This document shows positions 1 through 8,656 of a DNA stretch of 32,000 nucleotides, piece by piece. Source of the stretch: Pyrobaculum calidifontis JCM 11548 (GTDB lineage: Archaea > Thermoproteota > Thermoprotei > Thermoproteales > Thermoproteaceae). The notes under the pieces were generated by a model that saw only the letters and a program-made list of their open reading frames with translations, was not told the DNA's origin and did not search any database. The number at the start of each line of letters is the position of its first letter. Position 1 is the first letter of the stretch. The translations under genes were made by a program, and so were the position numbers. The DNA lies in contig NC_009073.1 of the NCBI RefSeq assembly GCF_000015805.1, forward strand, positions 630,001 through 662,000, in the 5' to 3' direction.

Positions 1-1
1 C

Positions 2-70
2 TACAAGGTGTACACAATGTTGAGAGAGGGCCCCAAGAGGGAAGTGGTATTCATGGGGGTGAGGGTATGA
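2..70 (+). CDS. 3' end of the upstream gene, probably the 2-oxoacid:ferredoxin oxidoreductase alpha subunit (partial)
   Basis: The open frame ...YKVYTMLREGPKREVVFMGVRV ends at TGA 68-70 and overlaps the next ATG (67) as ATGA. A GGTGAGG Shine-Dalgarno-like motif at 58-64 serves the downstream gene. The identity is inferred from operon context only. Confidence 0.35.
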   Translation, partial: YKVYTMLREGPKREVVFMGVRV

Positions 71-1011
71 AGGTCTACTTCAAGACGTTGAGGGACCTCC
101 CCCGCGAGGAGCTCTTTGCGCCTGGCCACAGGATGTGCGCCGGGTGCGGCGCGGCCATCGCCATGAGGTGGATCACCAAGGCCATTGGCGCCAACGCAGT
201 GATAGTCAACGCCACCGGTTGCGTGGAGGTGACAACGACGCCGTATCCAGAGACCGCGTGGCTACACCCCTACCTACACGTGGCCTTTGAAAACGCCGCC
301 GCGGCGGCGTCCGGGGTGGAGACGGCTATAAAGGTGTTGAGCAAGAAGGGGTACTGGGACGCGGGCGATACCAAGGTGGTGGTAATAGCGGGCGACGGGG
401 GCACGTACGACATCGGCCTTCAGTCGCTCAGCGGGATGTTGGAGAGGAGGCACGGCGTACTCTACATACTCTACGACAACGAGGCGTACATGAACACGGG
501 CATCCAGAGGAGCGGCTCTACGCCGAAGTACGCCTGGACTACCACCACGCCTGTGGGCGCGGCGGTGAGGGGGAAGGTGCAGTGGAAGAAGGACATCATG
601 GGAATAGTCATGGCGCACAGAGTGCCCTACGCCGCCACAGCCAGCATCTCACACATATTAGACCTAGTGAACAAGGTTAAAACGGCGCTGGAGTACACCG
701 CCGAGGGGCCCACATTCCTCCACATCTTCGCCCCCTGCGTCCCCGGGTGGCGCTACCCAGAAAACAAGACGGTGGAGGTGGCCAGACTAGCCGTTGAGAC
801 TGGATATTTCCCACTGTACGAGTGGGACCACGGAAAGCTGAGGCTCAACCCGCCCAGCAACACCCACCTCGACAAGTCGAAGAGAAAGCCGCTAAAGGAG
901 TACCTCAGGCTACAGGGCCGCTTCGCCCACCTCACAGACGAGGAAATCGCAGAAATAGAGAAAGAACTCGACGCATACTGGGAATACCTCGGCAAATTGG
1001 CCCAGCTCTAA
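67..1011 (+). CDS. Pyruvate/2-oxoacid:ferredoxin oxidoreductase beta subunit (TPP-binding)
   Basis: 314 aa. It has the N-terminal CAGCG motif, the GDGGTYDIG TPP-binding motif and YDNEAYMNTG, which are typical of the PorB/VorB/KorB beta subunits. I cannot tell por from vor from the sequence alone. Confidence 0.88.
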   Translation: MKVYFKTLRDLPREELFAPGHRMCAGCGAAIAMRWITKAIGANAVIVNATGCVEVTTTPYPETAWLHPYLHVAFENAAAAASGVETAIKVLSKKGYWDAGDTKVVVIAGDGGTYDIGLQSLSGMLERRHGVLYILYDNEAYMNTGIQRSGSTPKYAWTTTTPVGAAVRGKVQWKKDIMGIVMAHRVPYAATASISHILDLVNKVKTALEYTAEGPTFLHIFAPCVPGWRYPENKTVEVARLAVETGYFPLYEWDHGKLRLNPPSNTHLDKSKRKPLKEYLRLQGRFAHLTDEEIAEIEKELDAYWEYLGKLAQL

Positions 1012-1427
1012 CTAAAAGAGCCCAGAAATTCGCCGGCCCTTTTAGCCACGGCAGGGAACTTCCTAAGAAGTTCTCTGTCGTATGTGATAAGTATCCCATT
1101 AACTAACTCTGTCAGCGCTACATAAACTGCGTCGTATACCGTCACGTCGTATTCAAAAGCTAGTTCCACAGCCCTATTCAACACGTGTTCTACATCGACG
1201 ACTATTAGGCGAAGCATTTTCAAGGCCCCTAAGGCATCAAAAACGTCGTTCACAGTCAGTCCCTGGGTGTACCTCAAGGCGTTGGCCAACTCAACAAACA
1301 ACAGAGATGGGGCGTAGATGGAGACGCGCCTCTTCTTATATAGATCGACTATTTGCCGCATCTCGGGCGTTTCCTCCTCTTCTCTGAATAGCTTAACTAC
1401 CGCGCTCGCGTCTAGAACCAGCCTCAC
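1008..1427 (-). CDS. vapC: PIN-domain ribonuclease toxin (VapC family)
   Basis: 139 aa with the PIN pattern LVLDASAVVKL ... YDAVYVALT ... ITYDREL (conserved acidic residues). Its GTG start overlaps the upstream ORF's stop as GTGA (1424-1427). Confidence 0.8.
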   Translation of the reverse strand: MRLVLDASAVVKLFREEEETPEMRQIVDLYKKRRVSIYAPSLLFVELANALRYTQGLTVNDVFDALGALKMLRLIVVDVEHVLNRAVELAFEYDVTVYDAVYVALTELVNGILITYDRELLRKFPAVAKRAGEFLGSFS

Positions 1428-1705
1428 CAGCGCCTTACATCTCTAAACCTCCTCACCAGCTCGGCGGCGTCCTCCCTTGGCCTAGCCTTCTCGGCAATTC
1501 TCTCCATGACTTTCAACGCCTCATCTATTTCCTCCTCCCACGATCTCTCTAATGTTCCTTCTCTTTCGCGCGCTGATATAATATTTAGATAGCCAACAAA
1601 ATTAACATGCGAATGAGGTATGGCGACGCTAATAGGATAAGTGATAACAATGATTGTAACGATAATGCCCTCCCTTGTCTTAGCTAATGCGTTTGGCTTT
1701 TCCAC
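1424..1705 (-). CDS. Putative VapB-type antitoxin (start uncertain)
   Basis: The C-terminal ...EREGTLERSWEEEIDEALKVMERIAEKARPREDAAELVRRFRDVRRW is a charged helical tail, and it is stop/start coupled to vapC. An in-frame GTG at 1705 has an AAAAGTTATTAA TATA-like box about 22-32 nt upstream on the minus strand. The ORF-track extension to 2002 runs through an AT-rich promoter region and into the next gene, so it is unlikely to be coding. An alternative ATG lies at 1783. Confidence 0.45.
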   Translation of the reverse strand: MEKPNALAKTREGIIVTIIVITYPISVAIPHSHVNFVGYLNIISAREREGTLERSWEEEIDEALKVMERIAEKARPREDAAELVRRFRDVRRW

Positions 1706-1818
1706 GTAAAAAAGCCACGTTGATGTTAATAACTTTTGCCCCCGCTGGCCACTTTTTAAAAATGCTCGACATATTCTTCGCATATTTTTCTGGTGTGAGC
1801 TGGTTTTAGGCGACGGCG

Positions 1819-1828
1819 TTAAAATATT
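1819..1828 (+). promoter_or_regulatory. TATA-like box for the surface-protein gene
   Basis: TTAAAATATT lies about 20 nt upstream of ATG 1845. The spacing is compatible with a leaderless or short-leader archaeal promoter. Confidence 0.45.
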
Positions 1829-1844
1829 GGCTCGTAGGGTGGTT

Positions 1845-3725
1845 ATGAACAAAACCATAATACTTACACTGGGGCTAGCGGCGTTGCTGTTCGCCGTAAA
1901 CACGGTGGTGATACCCCCAATGGCTAAGCTGGAGAACATAGCGTACAAGGTTGAGGAAACTGCGCTTAAGATCGACGGCGCTGGCGTTGTCACACTTGCC
2001 AAGCCATATGTGACTCCCGGCGAGGGCTACGTATACGCCGGGATGAAGATCGAGTTCCTAGGCGCCTACCCCTCCATCCAAGTGGGGGCAGACGGCGCTT
2101 TGAGCAAGACCTTTGACCAAAACGGTTTCATCTCCGCAATCTACGTGGGCCCCGACGCCTCCAAGGTCACCATAGTCAACACAGCCAAGAGCCAAGTGGA
2201 GATAAAGGTGAGGATAACCTACACCTACGTAAAGGCTACCTACATACCGCTGACCGGCGACACAGTGCTAGAGGTCAAGGTGCCAGACGGCAAGCTGGCG
2301 CCCGGCTTCAGCGCCATGGCGAGGTTGACCATTGAGCCCTACGCGCCATTTGTGGTAAAAGCCGTGGAGAGGCCAGACGGGACCCCCGCCACTGTGTACA
2401 GAGTAGAGCCCAAGGTGGTGGAAATAGACGCGGCGGGGACCTACAAGATACAGATAGGCCAGGGACAGCCGCTCCCAGCCGCCATGTTGGTGAAGAGTTT
2501 GTCTAAGCAGACGGCCGCAGTGTCTCCCAACGGCGAATTCGCCGTCTCGGGAGCCGAGGTCGGCGTGCCACAGGGCTGGAAGCTGTTGGGCTACGTGGTG
2601 TTTGCCTACACCGGCGACGTCAACGTGGTGGGCAAGGAGCCCACTGGCGACATAGTGATACAGGGCGGGCTCGTGGACACGGTGAGCGACGTCAACCAGA
2701 ACATAATTGTAAGAAGCGTGTCCTACCTAATACCGCCCGTGTGGAACGTCAACATTAGGTACAAGATCGCTCTGGTGTACGGCGACGGGTTCAAAGTCGC
2801 CTCCACTCTGCCCACAACGGTGAACGTGATATACATACCCATAGTCTACAAGGAGGCTCAAGTCAAGTGGCTACAAGACAGAGCCATTGTCAACGTCACG
2901 GAGACCGACGTGGCCGACGGCATGTGGACGGCAATAGTGATGCAGCTGCCCGAGCTGGCCAAGATTGTGTCAATAAAGACGCCCGGCAACGCCGTGTTGT
3001 CCAACGCCACAGACGTGAAGCTGGTGTGGGGCGGCGGCATTAGAGTAGCATCAATATCGCCAGACGGGAGGCAGGCATACCTAGTGGTGCAGATGGGCGA
3101 CACGAGGGAGGTGGGCACGTACACCTTCATGATAAACTGGTCCCCCATGCGGATACCAGTGGTTGACACCAAGGGCAGGCCCGTGTCCCAGCTGTCGGCC
3201 ACCGCGGACAAGTTTGACGCAGCGGCCTCCGCCGGCTACGTAGAGGTCAAGGTGTATAAGCCAGAGCCCTTCAGCCTAGAGATAAGTTACAAGGGTGTGA
3301 AAGCGGCCCAGGTGGCTGTCAACTCGCTGGTGGCCAACCCGCAGCCCATCACTCTGGGCATATACACAGTCAAGGTGACGGTGGTCGGCGCATTCAACCA
3401 GCCCATTGCACAAGCCTCAGTGTCGCTCGAGGGCTTCCCAGCCTCCGGCCAGACCAGCTCCGCTGGCTCTGTCACATTCCCAGACGTGCTCGCGGGGACT
3501 TACAAAGTCAACGTGGACGTGGCCGGCAGAGTTAAGGTAAGCGACACAATAGACGTAAACGGCGACGTTGAGAAAGTGGTGAAGACGCCCATAGTCGCCA
3601 TGGTGGGCGGCGTGCCGATAACCACGCTAGACGCCTTAGCCACAGCCGGCGGCCTCTCAGCGGCGGGCCTCTACTTCGCGCTCTCAAGGAGAAAAGAGCC
3701 AGTGGCTGAGGTAGAACAAATCTAA
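1845..3725 (+). CDS. Predicted secreted or cell-surface protein with an N-terminal signal/anchor and a C-terminal TM anchor
   Basis: ATG 1845 gives MNKTIILTLGLAALLFAVNTVV, a hydrophobic signal-like N-terminus. The body is beta-rich and Val/Thr-rich. The segment SVSLEGFPASGQTSSAGSVTFPDVLAGTYKVNVDV resembles a carboxypeptidase-regulatory/prealbumin-like domain. The C-terminal LSAAGLYFALSRRKEP is a TM helix followed by a basic tail. The ORF-track start at TTG 1827 is less likely. Confidence 0.7.
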   Translation: MNKTIILTLGLAALLFAVNTVVIPPMAKLENIAYKVEETALKIDGAGVVTLAKPYVTPGEGYVYAGMKIEFLGAYPSIQVGADGALSKTFDQNGFISAIYVGPDASKVTIVNTAKSQVEIKVRITYTYVKATYIPLTGDTVLEVKVPDGKLAPGFSAMARLTIEPYAPFVVKAVERPDGTPATVYRVEPKVVEIDAAGTYKIQIGQGQPLPAAMLVKSLSKQTAAVSPNGEFAVSGAEVGVPQGWKLLGYVVFAYTGDVNVVGKEPTGDIVIQGGLVDTVSDVNQNIIVRSVSYLIPPVWNVNIRYKIALVYGDGFKVASTLPTTVNVIYIPIVYKEAQVKWLQDRAIVNVTETDVADGMWTAIVMQLPELAKIVSIKTPGNAVLSNATDVKLVWGGGIRVASISPDGRQAYLVVQMGDTREVGTYTFMINWSPMRIPVVDTKGRPVSQLSATADKFDAAASAGYVEVKVYKPEPFSLEISYKGVKAAQVAVNSLVANPQPITLGIYTVKVTVVGAFNQPIAQASVSLEGFPASGQTSSAGSVTFPDVLAGTYKVNVDVAGRVKVSDTIDVNGDVEKVVKTPIVAMVGGVPITTLDALATAGGLSAAGLYFALSRRKEPVAEVEQI

Positions 3726-3728
3726 ACC

Positions 3729-3800
3729 TCTCTTTTCTTCTCCCCGATTTACCCCAGTTTTTATCGGCGTCTACCCCCCTCTTTTTCTTCTTTTGTAGAA
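3729..3800 (+). terminator. Oligo-T-rich termination region
   Basis: Directly after the stop at 3725 there are several T-runs (CTCTTTTCTTCT, AGTTTTTATC, CTCTTTTTCTTCTTTTGT). Archaeal RNAP terminates at oligo-T tracts. Confidence 0.4.
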
Positions 3801-3870
3801 TCAGGTTTCCCACTTGAGAGACCCTTGTTTGTCGTCGGTCACTGTTATAAATATCTGCGCTGTGTCTCCC

Positions 3871-4281
3871 ATGCCGCTTGCCCGTATATACACTGACGAG
3901 CGTGGGGAGCCCGTGGCGAGGATTGTGGATGAAGACGGCGCCTACGTCGTCTCTCTGGACGTCTTTGCCCAGCTTCCCTCGCCGCCTGTGGACGCAGAGG
4001 TGGTGGAGATAGCCCAGCGGTATAAGGTGTATGTGAAAAGGAGGCCCCTCCTCCGCGGCGTCTGCGAGTTGGTCTACTTCCAGTTCAGCGGCGGCGTCCA
4101 GTTGATAAACGTCAAGTACGTGGGCCCCGACGACCCCGACGCGGTTTTACCTGAGTTGTACAAGGTTTATGAGGAGGAGGCCAAGAAGGAAAAAGAAGAG
4201 CGTCATGGCGGCAACGACGGCGAGGCCTCTGCGGTCGGGCCTCCTACGCGCCGCGCTGAGCAGGGCCAAGTAGGTCAATAA
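3871..4281 (+). CDS. Hypothetical protein (136 aa)
   Basis: ATG 3871 is preceded by TTATAAATAT (3845-3854), about 20 nt upstream. The N-terminal roughly 100 aa look globular and the tail is a low-complexity EEEAKKEKEE stretch. I recognise no motif. Confidence 0.5.
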   Translation: MPLARIYTDERGEPVARIVDEDGAYVVSLDVFAQLPSPPVDAEVVEIAQRYKVYVKRRPLLRGVCELVYFQFSGGVQLINVKYVGPDDPDAVLPELYKVYEEEAKKEKEERHGGNDGEASAVGPPTRRAEQGQVGQ

Positions 4282-4335
4282 CACCACTACCGCGTACACG
4301 GCCGTTGCCGCAAGTAGCGCCACTACGAAGTCCAT
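4147..4335 (-). CDS. Small two-TM membrane protein (62 aa), hypothetical
   Basis: ATG 4335 has CTTAAAAAG about 20-27 nt upstream on the minus strand. Two hydrophobic helices are separated by ARRRPDRRG. The ORF overlaps the 3' end of the 3871..4281 gene by 135 nt. Confidence 0.4.
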   Translation of the reverse strand: MDFVVALLAATAVYAVVVLLTYLALLSAARRRPDRRGLAVVAAMTLFFFLLGLLLINLVQLR

Positions 4336-4407
4336 ATGCCCCGCCGCAATCCCCCTTTTTAAGTGTATAATGCGCAAACTGTTTTAACTACACAGCGGGG
4401 TGTCCAT

Positions 4408-5820
4408 GTGATAGTATTTCACCTACACCTCTACCAGCCCGAGCGCGCAGATCCCTGGCTCGAGATCATCTTCCCCGAGCCCTCTGCCTCGCCCTTTAGG
4501 CACTGGAACGAGCGCGTGTCGCACGAGTGCTACGAGCCCAACGCGGAGTTGGGCAACTACAAGTGGGTCAGCTTCGACGTGGGCCCCACGCTGTTGACCT
4601 GGCTACGGCGGAGTAGGCCGGTGGTGTACAATGCCTTGCTCGAGGGCGACAAGGCGGGGCTGGAAAGGTGGGGCCACGGCAACGCCATAGCGCACCCCTA
4701 CTACCACGTGATCCTGCCCCTAGTCCCCAGGCGAGACCGAGAGGTGTTAATCCACTGGGGCGTGGAGTATTTCAAGAGGCACTTCAAGAGGAGCCCAGAG
4801 GGGATGTGGCTCCCCGAGATGGCCGTGGACCTCGAGACGCTGGAGGTTCTGGCCGACTACGGCATATCTTACACAGTCCTCTCCCAAGGCCAGGTGAAGG
4901 GAGGGAGGGCCGGGGGGCCCTACAAGGTGGTTCTGCCCAGCGGGCGCTCCATCGCCGTCTTTATACGCAACGACGCGGTATCCAACGCCCTGGCCTTCCA
5001 AGGCTTTGAAAAATTCGCCGAGACACTCAGAGGCGTAGAGGGCGACGTAGTAGTGGCCCTAGACGGGGAGACCTTTGGACACCACATAAAAGGCGGCGAC
5101 AAGCTCCTCGCCGACTTCATATCCCGGCACAAGGACCACCTGGCCAACCTCGGCTGGCTCTACGAGAGGGGGGTCAAGGGAGAGGTAGAGATCGTGGAAA
5201 GGACGTCGTGGAGTTGCCCCCACGGGCTGGGCCGCTGGAGCAGAGACTGCGGATGCGACGGGCCTGCGCCCTGGAGAGAGGGACTGAGGAAGCTAGTTGA
5301 CTGGGTTGGGGAGGCGGTGGACAAGGCCTTTGAGGAGAGGCTGGGCCCAGGGGGGTGGGACACGTTGAAGCGCTACATAGACGTGTTGATGGGCGGCGAC
5401 CGCGGGGGATACACCACGGAGCAGTTGAAGCTTTTAGAGGCCCAGCGGGCGAAGCTCGCCGCTAATACGAGCGACGCTTGGTTCTTCGCGAGGGTGGGCA
5501 TAGAGTTCGGGATAGCCGTCAAGTGGGCCCTGAGGGCAGTGGAGTTGCTAGACGACCCAAGCCCCGTCGAAGAGTTCATGCGCCGGCTAGACGAGATTGC
5601 GATAGACGGCAAGACGGCCCTGGCCCTATGCCCCCGCGTGAGGGGCCCCCTCATGGCCGCCATGATGTACGTAGCCAGAGCCACCGCCGGCTTCCAGGAG
5701 GAGAGGGTGGGGCCCTACATAGTGAAGCCCATCAACGACGAATTCGAAATCGTGGACGAGAGGACCCGCGAAGTCTTTAGATTTCGACACGACCTCTTAT
5801 GGGGTTTCGAAAAAATTTAA
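4408..5820 (+). CDS. Glycoside hydrolase family 57 protein with a DUF3536-like C-terminal region
   Basis: It carries the GH57 motifs FHLHLYQP, GMWLPEMAV (nucleophile Glu region) and LDGETFGHH (acid/base Asp region). The Cys/His cluster SWSCPHGLGRWSRDCGCDG is typical of GH57-DUF3536 proteins. The start is either GTG 4408 (VIVFHLH...) or the ORF-track GTG 4363. Confidence 0.8.
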   Translation: MIVFHLHLYQPERADPWLEIIFPEPSASPFRHWNERVSHECYEPNAELGNYKWVSFDVGPTLLTWLRRSRPVVYNALLEGDKAGLERWGHGNAIAHPYYHVILPLVPRRDREVLIHWGVEYFKRHFKRSPEGMWLPEMAVDLETLEVLADYGISYTVLSQGQVKGGRAGGPYKVVLPSGRSIAVFIRNDAVSNALAFQGFEKFAETLRGVEGDVVVALDGETFGHHIKGGDKLLADFISRHKDHLANLGWLYERGVKGEVEIVERTSWSCPHGLGRWSRDCGCDGPAPWREGLRKLVDWVGEAVDKAFEERLGPGGWDTLKRYIDVLMGGDRGGYTTEQLKLLEAQRAKLAANTSDAWFFARVGIEFGIAVKWALRAVELLDDPSPVEEFMRRLDEIAIDGKTALALCPRVRGPLMAAMMYVARATAGFQEERVGPYIVKPINDEFEIVDERTREVFRFRHDLLWGFEKI

Positions 5821-5836
5821 ACACGTCGAATATAGC

Positions 5837-7042
5837 ATGAGACTCGCCGCCTCATATACGCCCATATTTGTGGCTAGGATTGGATCAGGCGCCAGCGCTT
5901 TTCTAGTGGTGAAGTTGGCCAGCGGCGGGGCCTTAGAGGCTGGGGCGGTATTGGCCGCCTATCCATTCTTGGAGGCGATAGGCGCGCTGATTGCGGGGCG
6001 TTGGTCCGACTTGGCGGGCCGTAAGAAGACCCTCCTCGTGGGGTACGTGGTGAGGTCTCTCGCCATGTTGGCGCTTGCGTGGGCCTTCTTTGTCCACGAG
6101 TCGCCGGTCCTAGAGGCCGTGCTCAACGGCATAATAGGCTTCACCACCGCGTTTATACTCACCGCCTCGTTGACCATGGCCACAGACCTCACAGAGGTGC
6201 GCAACAGGGGGCTGGGCATGGGCGGCTTCGAGTTTGTCAACTTGGGTAGCTACGGGGTGGGCTACCTCCTGGGCTCCGCCTTGTATATCATATTTCCTGA
6301 CGCAAGGGCTTACTTAGTCATTGCCGTGTTGACGGCCTTATCCACGCCGCTCTTTGCCATGTTTCTGCAGGAAACTCGCCCAGTCGCCCCGGCGGAGGGC
6401 CGCCTTCTCTTCTCGGTGCTTCCGCCGTCTGCTGTGGCCTTGTTGCCCGTGTGGTTTGCGCTAACTACGATAATAGGGCTTGCGATGTATACGCCGAGGA
6501 TTTTAGATGTGGAGGCAGGCGCCCACGGTGCAGTGCAACAAATAGTGGATAAGCTGGGCGGGAACTTAGTGGTCGGCTTGCTTTTCATAGGCGCGCTAGC
6601 CCTGTTGGGGGCAGGCGCAATTTTCTTCGGAAGGCTGGCGGATAAGTGGGGCAGGCTTAAGGTGTTCTACCTAGGCCTTGTGGGCGGCCTCTCTGCCCTC
6701 GTGGCGTTAAACGCGGCGTTGCACCTCGGCCTAGGCCCAGTGGAGGCCGTCGCCCTCACGGCGCCGCTCCTCTTCCTCACCTCGGCCATAGGCCCCAGCA
6801 TCTTGGCCCTAATAGGCGACGAGGCCGACATAAGGTACAGAGGCACCGTCATGGGGATATACAGCGTAGTGCTCGGTCTCGGGATAGGGTTCGGTAGTTG
6901 GCTAGCTGGCGTCATTTCATGGGCTTTCAGCGGCTACGAGATTAACGGGCTTGCGGCGGCCGCGCTGGGCGTCTACGCGGCGATGACGTCTATACACATA
7001 GCCTTTGCAAAACGGCAGGGGCTGTTAAGCCAGTTGAAATAA
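5837..7042 (+). CDS. MFS transporter
   Basis: 401 aa with about 12 hydrophobic segments and the MFS loop motif GRWSDLAGRKKTLL, repeated as GRLADKWGRLK in the second half. A TATA-like AAAAATTTAAAC (5811-5822) is embedded in the end of the upstream gene. Confidence 0.85.
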   Translation: MRLAASYTPIFVARIGSGASAFLVVKLASGGALEAGAVLAAYPFLEAIGALIAGRWSDLAGRKKTLLVGYVVRSLAMLALAWAFFVHESPVLEAVLNGIIGFTTAFILTASLTMATDLTEVRNRGLGMGGFEFVNLGSYGVGYLLGSALYIIFPDARAYLVIAVLTALSTPLFAMFLQETRPVAPAEGRLLFSVLPPSAVALLPVWFALTTIIGLAMYTPRILDVEAGAHGAVQQIVDKLGGNLVVGLLFIGALALLGAGAIFFGRLADKWGRLKVFYLGLVGGLSALVALNAALHLGLGPVEAVALTAPLLFLTSAIGPSILALIGDEADIRYRGTVMGIYSVVLGLGIGFGSWLAGVISWAFSGYEINGLAAAALGVYAAMTSIHIAFAKRQGLLSQLK

Positions 7043-7086
7043 GTAGGCTGAGGCAACGGCAAGAGTTAAGAGGGAAAGCCCAATTC

Positions 7087-7557
7087 TCAATACTCTCTTT
7101 GGCACATCCCTACGAGGCCGCCTACGCCGAGGGAGAGCCCGAGGGGCCAATTCGGCGGATGTCCCATGGCATAGTAGCTGACCACGCCGAAGGTCGATGA
7201 GATAAATGCCGTAGGGAGGATGGCCCCCGCCGTGGTGTATATCGGCAGGCTGAATACGCTTGCGTATACGGGTGCGAGGGGCGCGCCGCCGCCTATCCCA
7301 TAGGCGCCTCCTATTATGCCCACCGCGAAGGAGGTGGCGACAACCGATATAGCATTAAAGGAGTAAACATGGCCTAGAAATTCGCACTCCACTCTCTTGT
7401 CGACTTTCAACACTTTAACTATGCCAGTTCCGTGTTCGACCAGGCCTTTTCCCTTGCTAAAATGCTGAGACCATAGCAAAAATGCGCCACTGACGCCTGC
7501 CATCGAAGTGAGAAGACTTACGAAGGCCGCCGCCACAACTACAATTACTACCTCCAA
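7087..7557 (-). CDS. TauE/SafE (TSUP) family membrane protein, apparently truncated or a remnant
   Basis: The second-half motif GGAYGIGGGAPLAPV and a degenerate first motif MAGVSGAFLL are present. At 156 aa it is well short of the roughly 250 aa typical for the family, because the TM2-4 equivalent and the last TM are missing. The start is TTG. Confidence 0.5.
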   Translation of the reverse strand: MEVVIVVVAAAFVSLLTSMAGVSGAFLLWSQHFSKGKGLVEHGTGIVKVLKVDKRVECEFLGHVYSFNAISVVATSFAVGIIGGAYGIGGGAPLAPVYASVFSLPIYTTAGAILPTAFISSTFGVVSYYAMGHPPNWPLGLSLGVGGLVGMCQREY

Positions 7558-7603
7558 AAGTCTTAGTGCTCCCCTTTATTCTTTATTGTTTCTATGTTAT
7601 TGA

Positions 7604-8656
7604 GTGACATCAGGGGACAATGTATATATCCCTCTCCTACCTCTGCCCCGTGGGGTGCGCGAATGTCTGCCAATATATGCTAAGCTCATTAGGGAGGGGG
7701 AGATAAGAGCAAGCAACGGCAGTGAGGCCCTCTGCCTGTCGTGGCTCCTCCAGCGCAGGGTTGAGGAGGGCTCTGTGGTGCGCATTGAGGAGCTCTACCC
7801 CGCGCCGAATTTGGCAAGAGTCTACGAGGGCCCGCTTCAGTTGCTCACCGAGGGGTGGCCGACTCCGCTTTTGAAAATTTCGGGGCCGCCCCGGGAGGCC
7901 TACGCCAAGTTGGAGTGGTACAACCCCTTCAGCTTCAGCATAAAGGACAGGACGGTGTACGCCCTCCTGCGGAGCGTGGAGGGGGAGAGGCTGGTGGAGG
8001 TGTCCAGCGGCAACGTGGCAGTGGCCATGGGGGCGCTTGGCAACGTCATGGGGAAGAGGGTGAAGATATACATCCCCTCCGCCGGCTCCTACGTGGCCCC
8101 TCTCCTCGACGTGTTGGGCGTAGAGCACCAAATCCTCGACGTGACGCTCACAGTAGAGGCGTTGGAGCACTTGGAGAAGGACATTAGGGAGGGGGCGGTG
8201 CACCCCAACCAGTTTAACAATGACGCGAACTTCGTCGCCCACGTGAGAACGGCCGCGGAGGCCGACTGGCAGTTGGCCCAGGTGGGGAAGAGGCCTACCC
8301 ACGTGGTGGCGGGGATCGGCACCTCTGGCCATGCCGCTGCTCTCGGCTTCTATTTCGGCGTAAAATACGGCGCGAAGCTAATCGCCGTTGAGCCCAAGGA
8401 CTGGATCCCCGGCATTAGGCGTGTGGAGTCGGGCATGAAGTGGATCCACTGGGTTGACGCCGCAGTTGTAGAGGTGTCGCTGAGAGAGGCCATGGAGGGC
8501 GTCAGAGAGTTCGCCAGGAGGTACGGGCTCCTCATTGGCCCAAGCGCGGGGGCCGTCTACGCGGCCTATAAGCGGATGGAGGAAGAGGGCGTCTACCTAA
8601 TGGTGTTCCCCGACAATCTGCTTAAATACGTCCCCATCCTAGATAAACTGCCATGA
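7604..8656 (+). CDS. PLP-dependent enzyme of the cysteine synthase/Trp-synthase-beta fold (CysK/CysM-like) with an N-terminal extension of about 70 aa
   Basis: KLEWYNPFSFSIKDR contains the PLP-binding Lys (K114). Other family motifs are SSGNVAVAMG, GIGTSGHAAALG (a variant of the GTGGT loop) and LIGPSAGAV. GTG 7604 is preceded by CTTTATTCTTTATTG (7574-7588). Confidence 0.8.
   Translation: MTSGDNVYIPLLPLPRGVRECLPIYAKLIREGEIRASNGSEALCLSWLLQRRVEEGSVVRIEELYPAPNLARVYEGPLQLLTEGWPTPLLKISGPPREAYAKLEWYNPFSFSIKDRTVYALLRSVEGERLVEVSSGNVAVAMGALGNVMGKRVKIYIPSAGSYVAPLLDVLGVEHQILDVTLTVEALEHLEKDIREGAVHPNQFNNDANFVAHVRTAAEADWQLAQVGKRPTHVVAGIGTSGHAAALGFYFGVKYGAKLIAVEPKDWIPGIRRVESGMKWIHWVDAAVVEVSLREAMEGVREFARRYGLLIGPSAGAVYAAYKRMEEEGVYLMVFPDNLLKYVPILDKLP

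Noticed and set aside
1706-2002. The N-terminal 100 codons of ORF 1424..2002.
   Set aside because: This part crosses an AT-rich divergent promoter and overlaps the surface-protein gene start. The translated sequence is Ser/Thr/Ala-rich with no antitoxin features.
7070-7081. GAGGGAAAGCCC, which resembles the RNase P RNA CR-I element (GAGGAAAGUCC).
   Set aside because: It sits in a 44-bp gap between convergent genes, with no room for even a minimal RNase P RNA and no other conserved regions nearby.
7637-8332. A 231-aa minus-strand ORF inside the PLP-enzyme gene.
   Set aside because: Its composition is R/G/P/H-rich and it has no motifs. The plus strand carries unambiguous PLP-enzyme motifs, so this is a shadow ORF.
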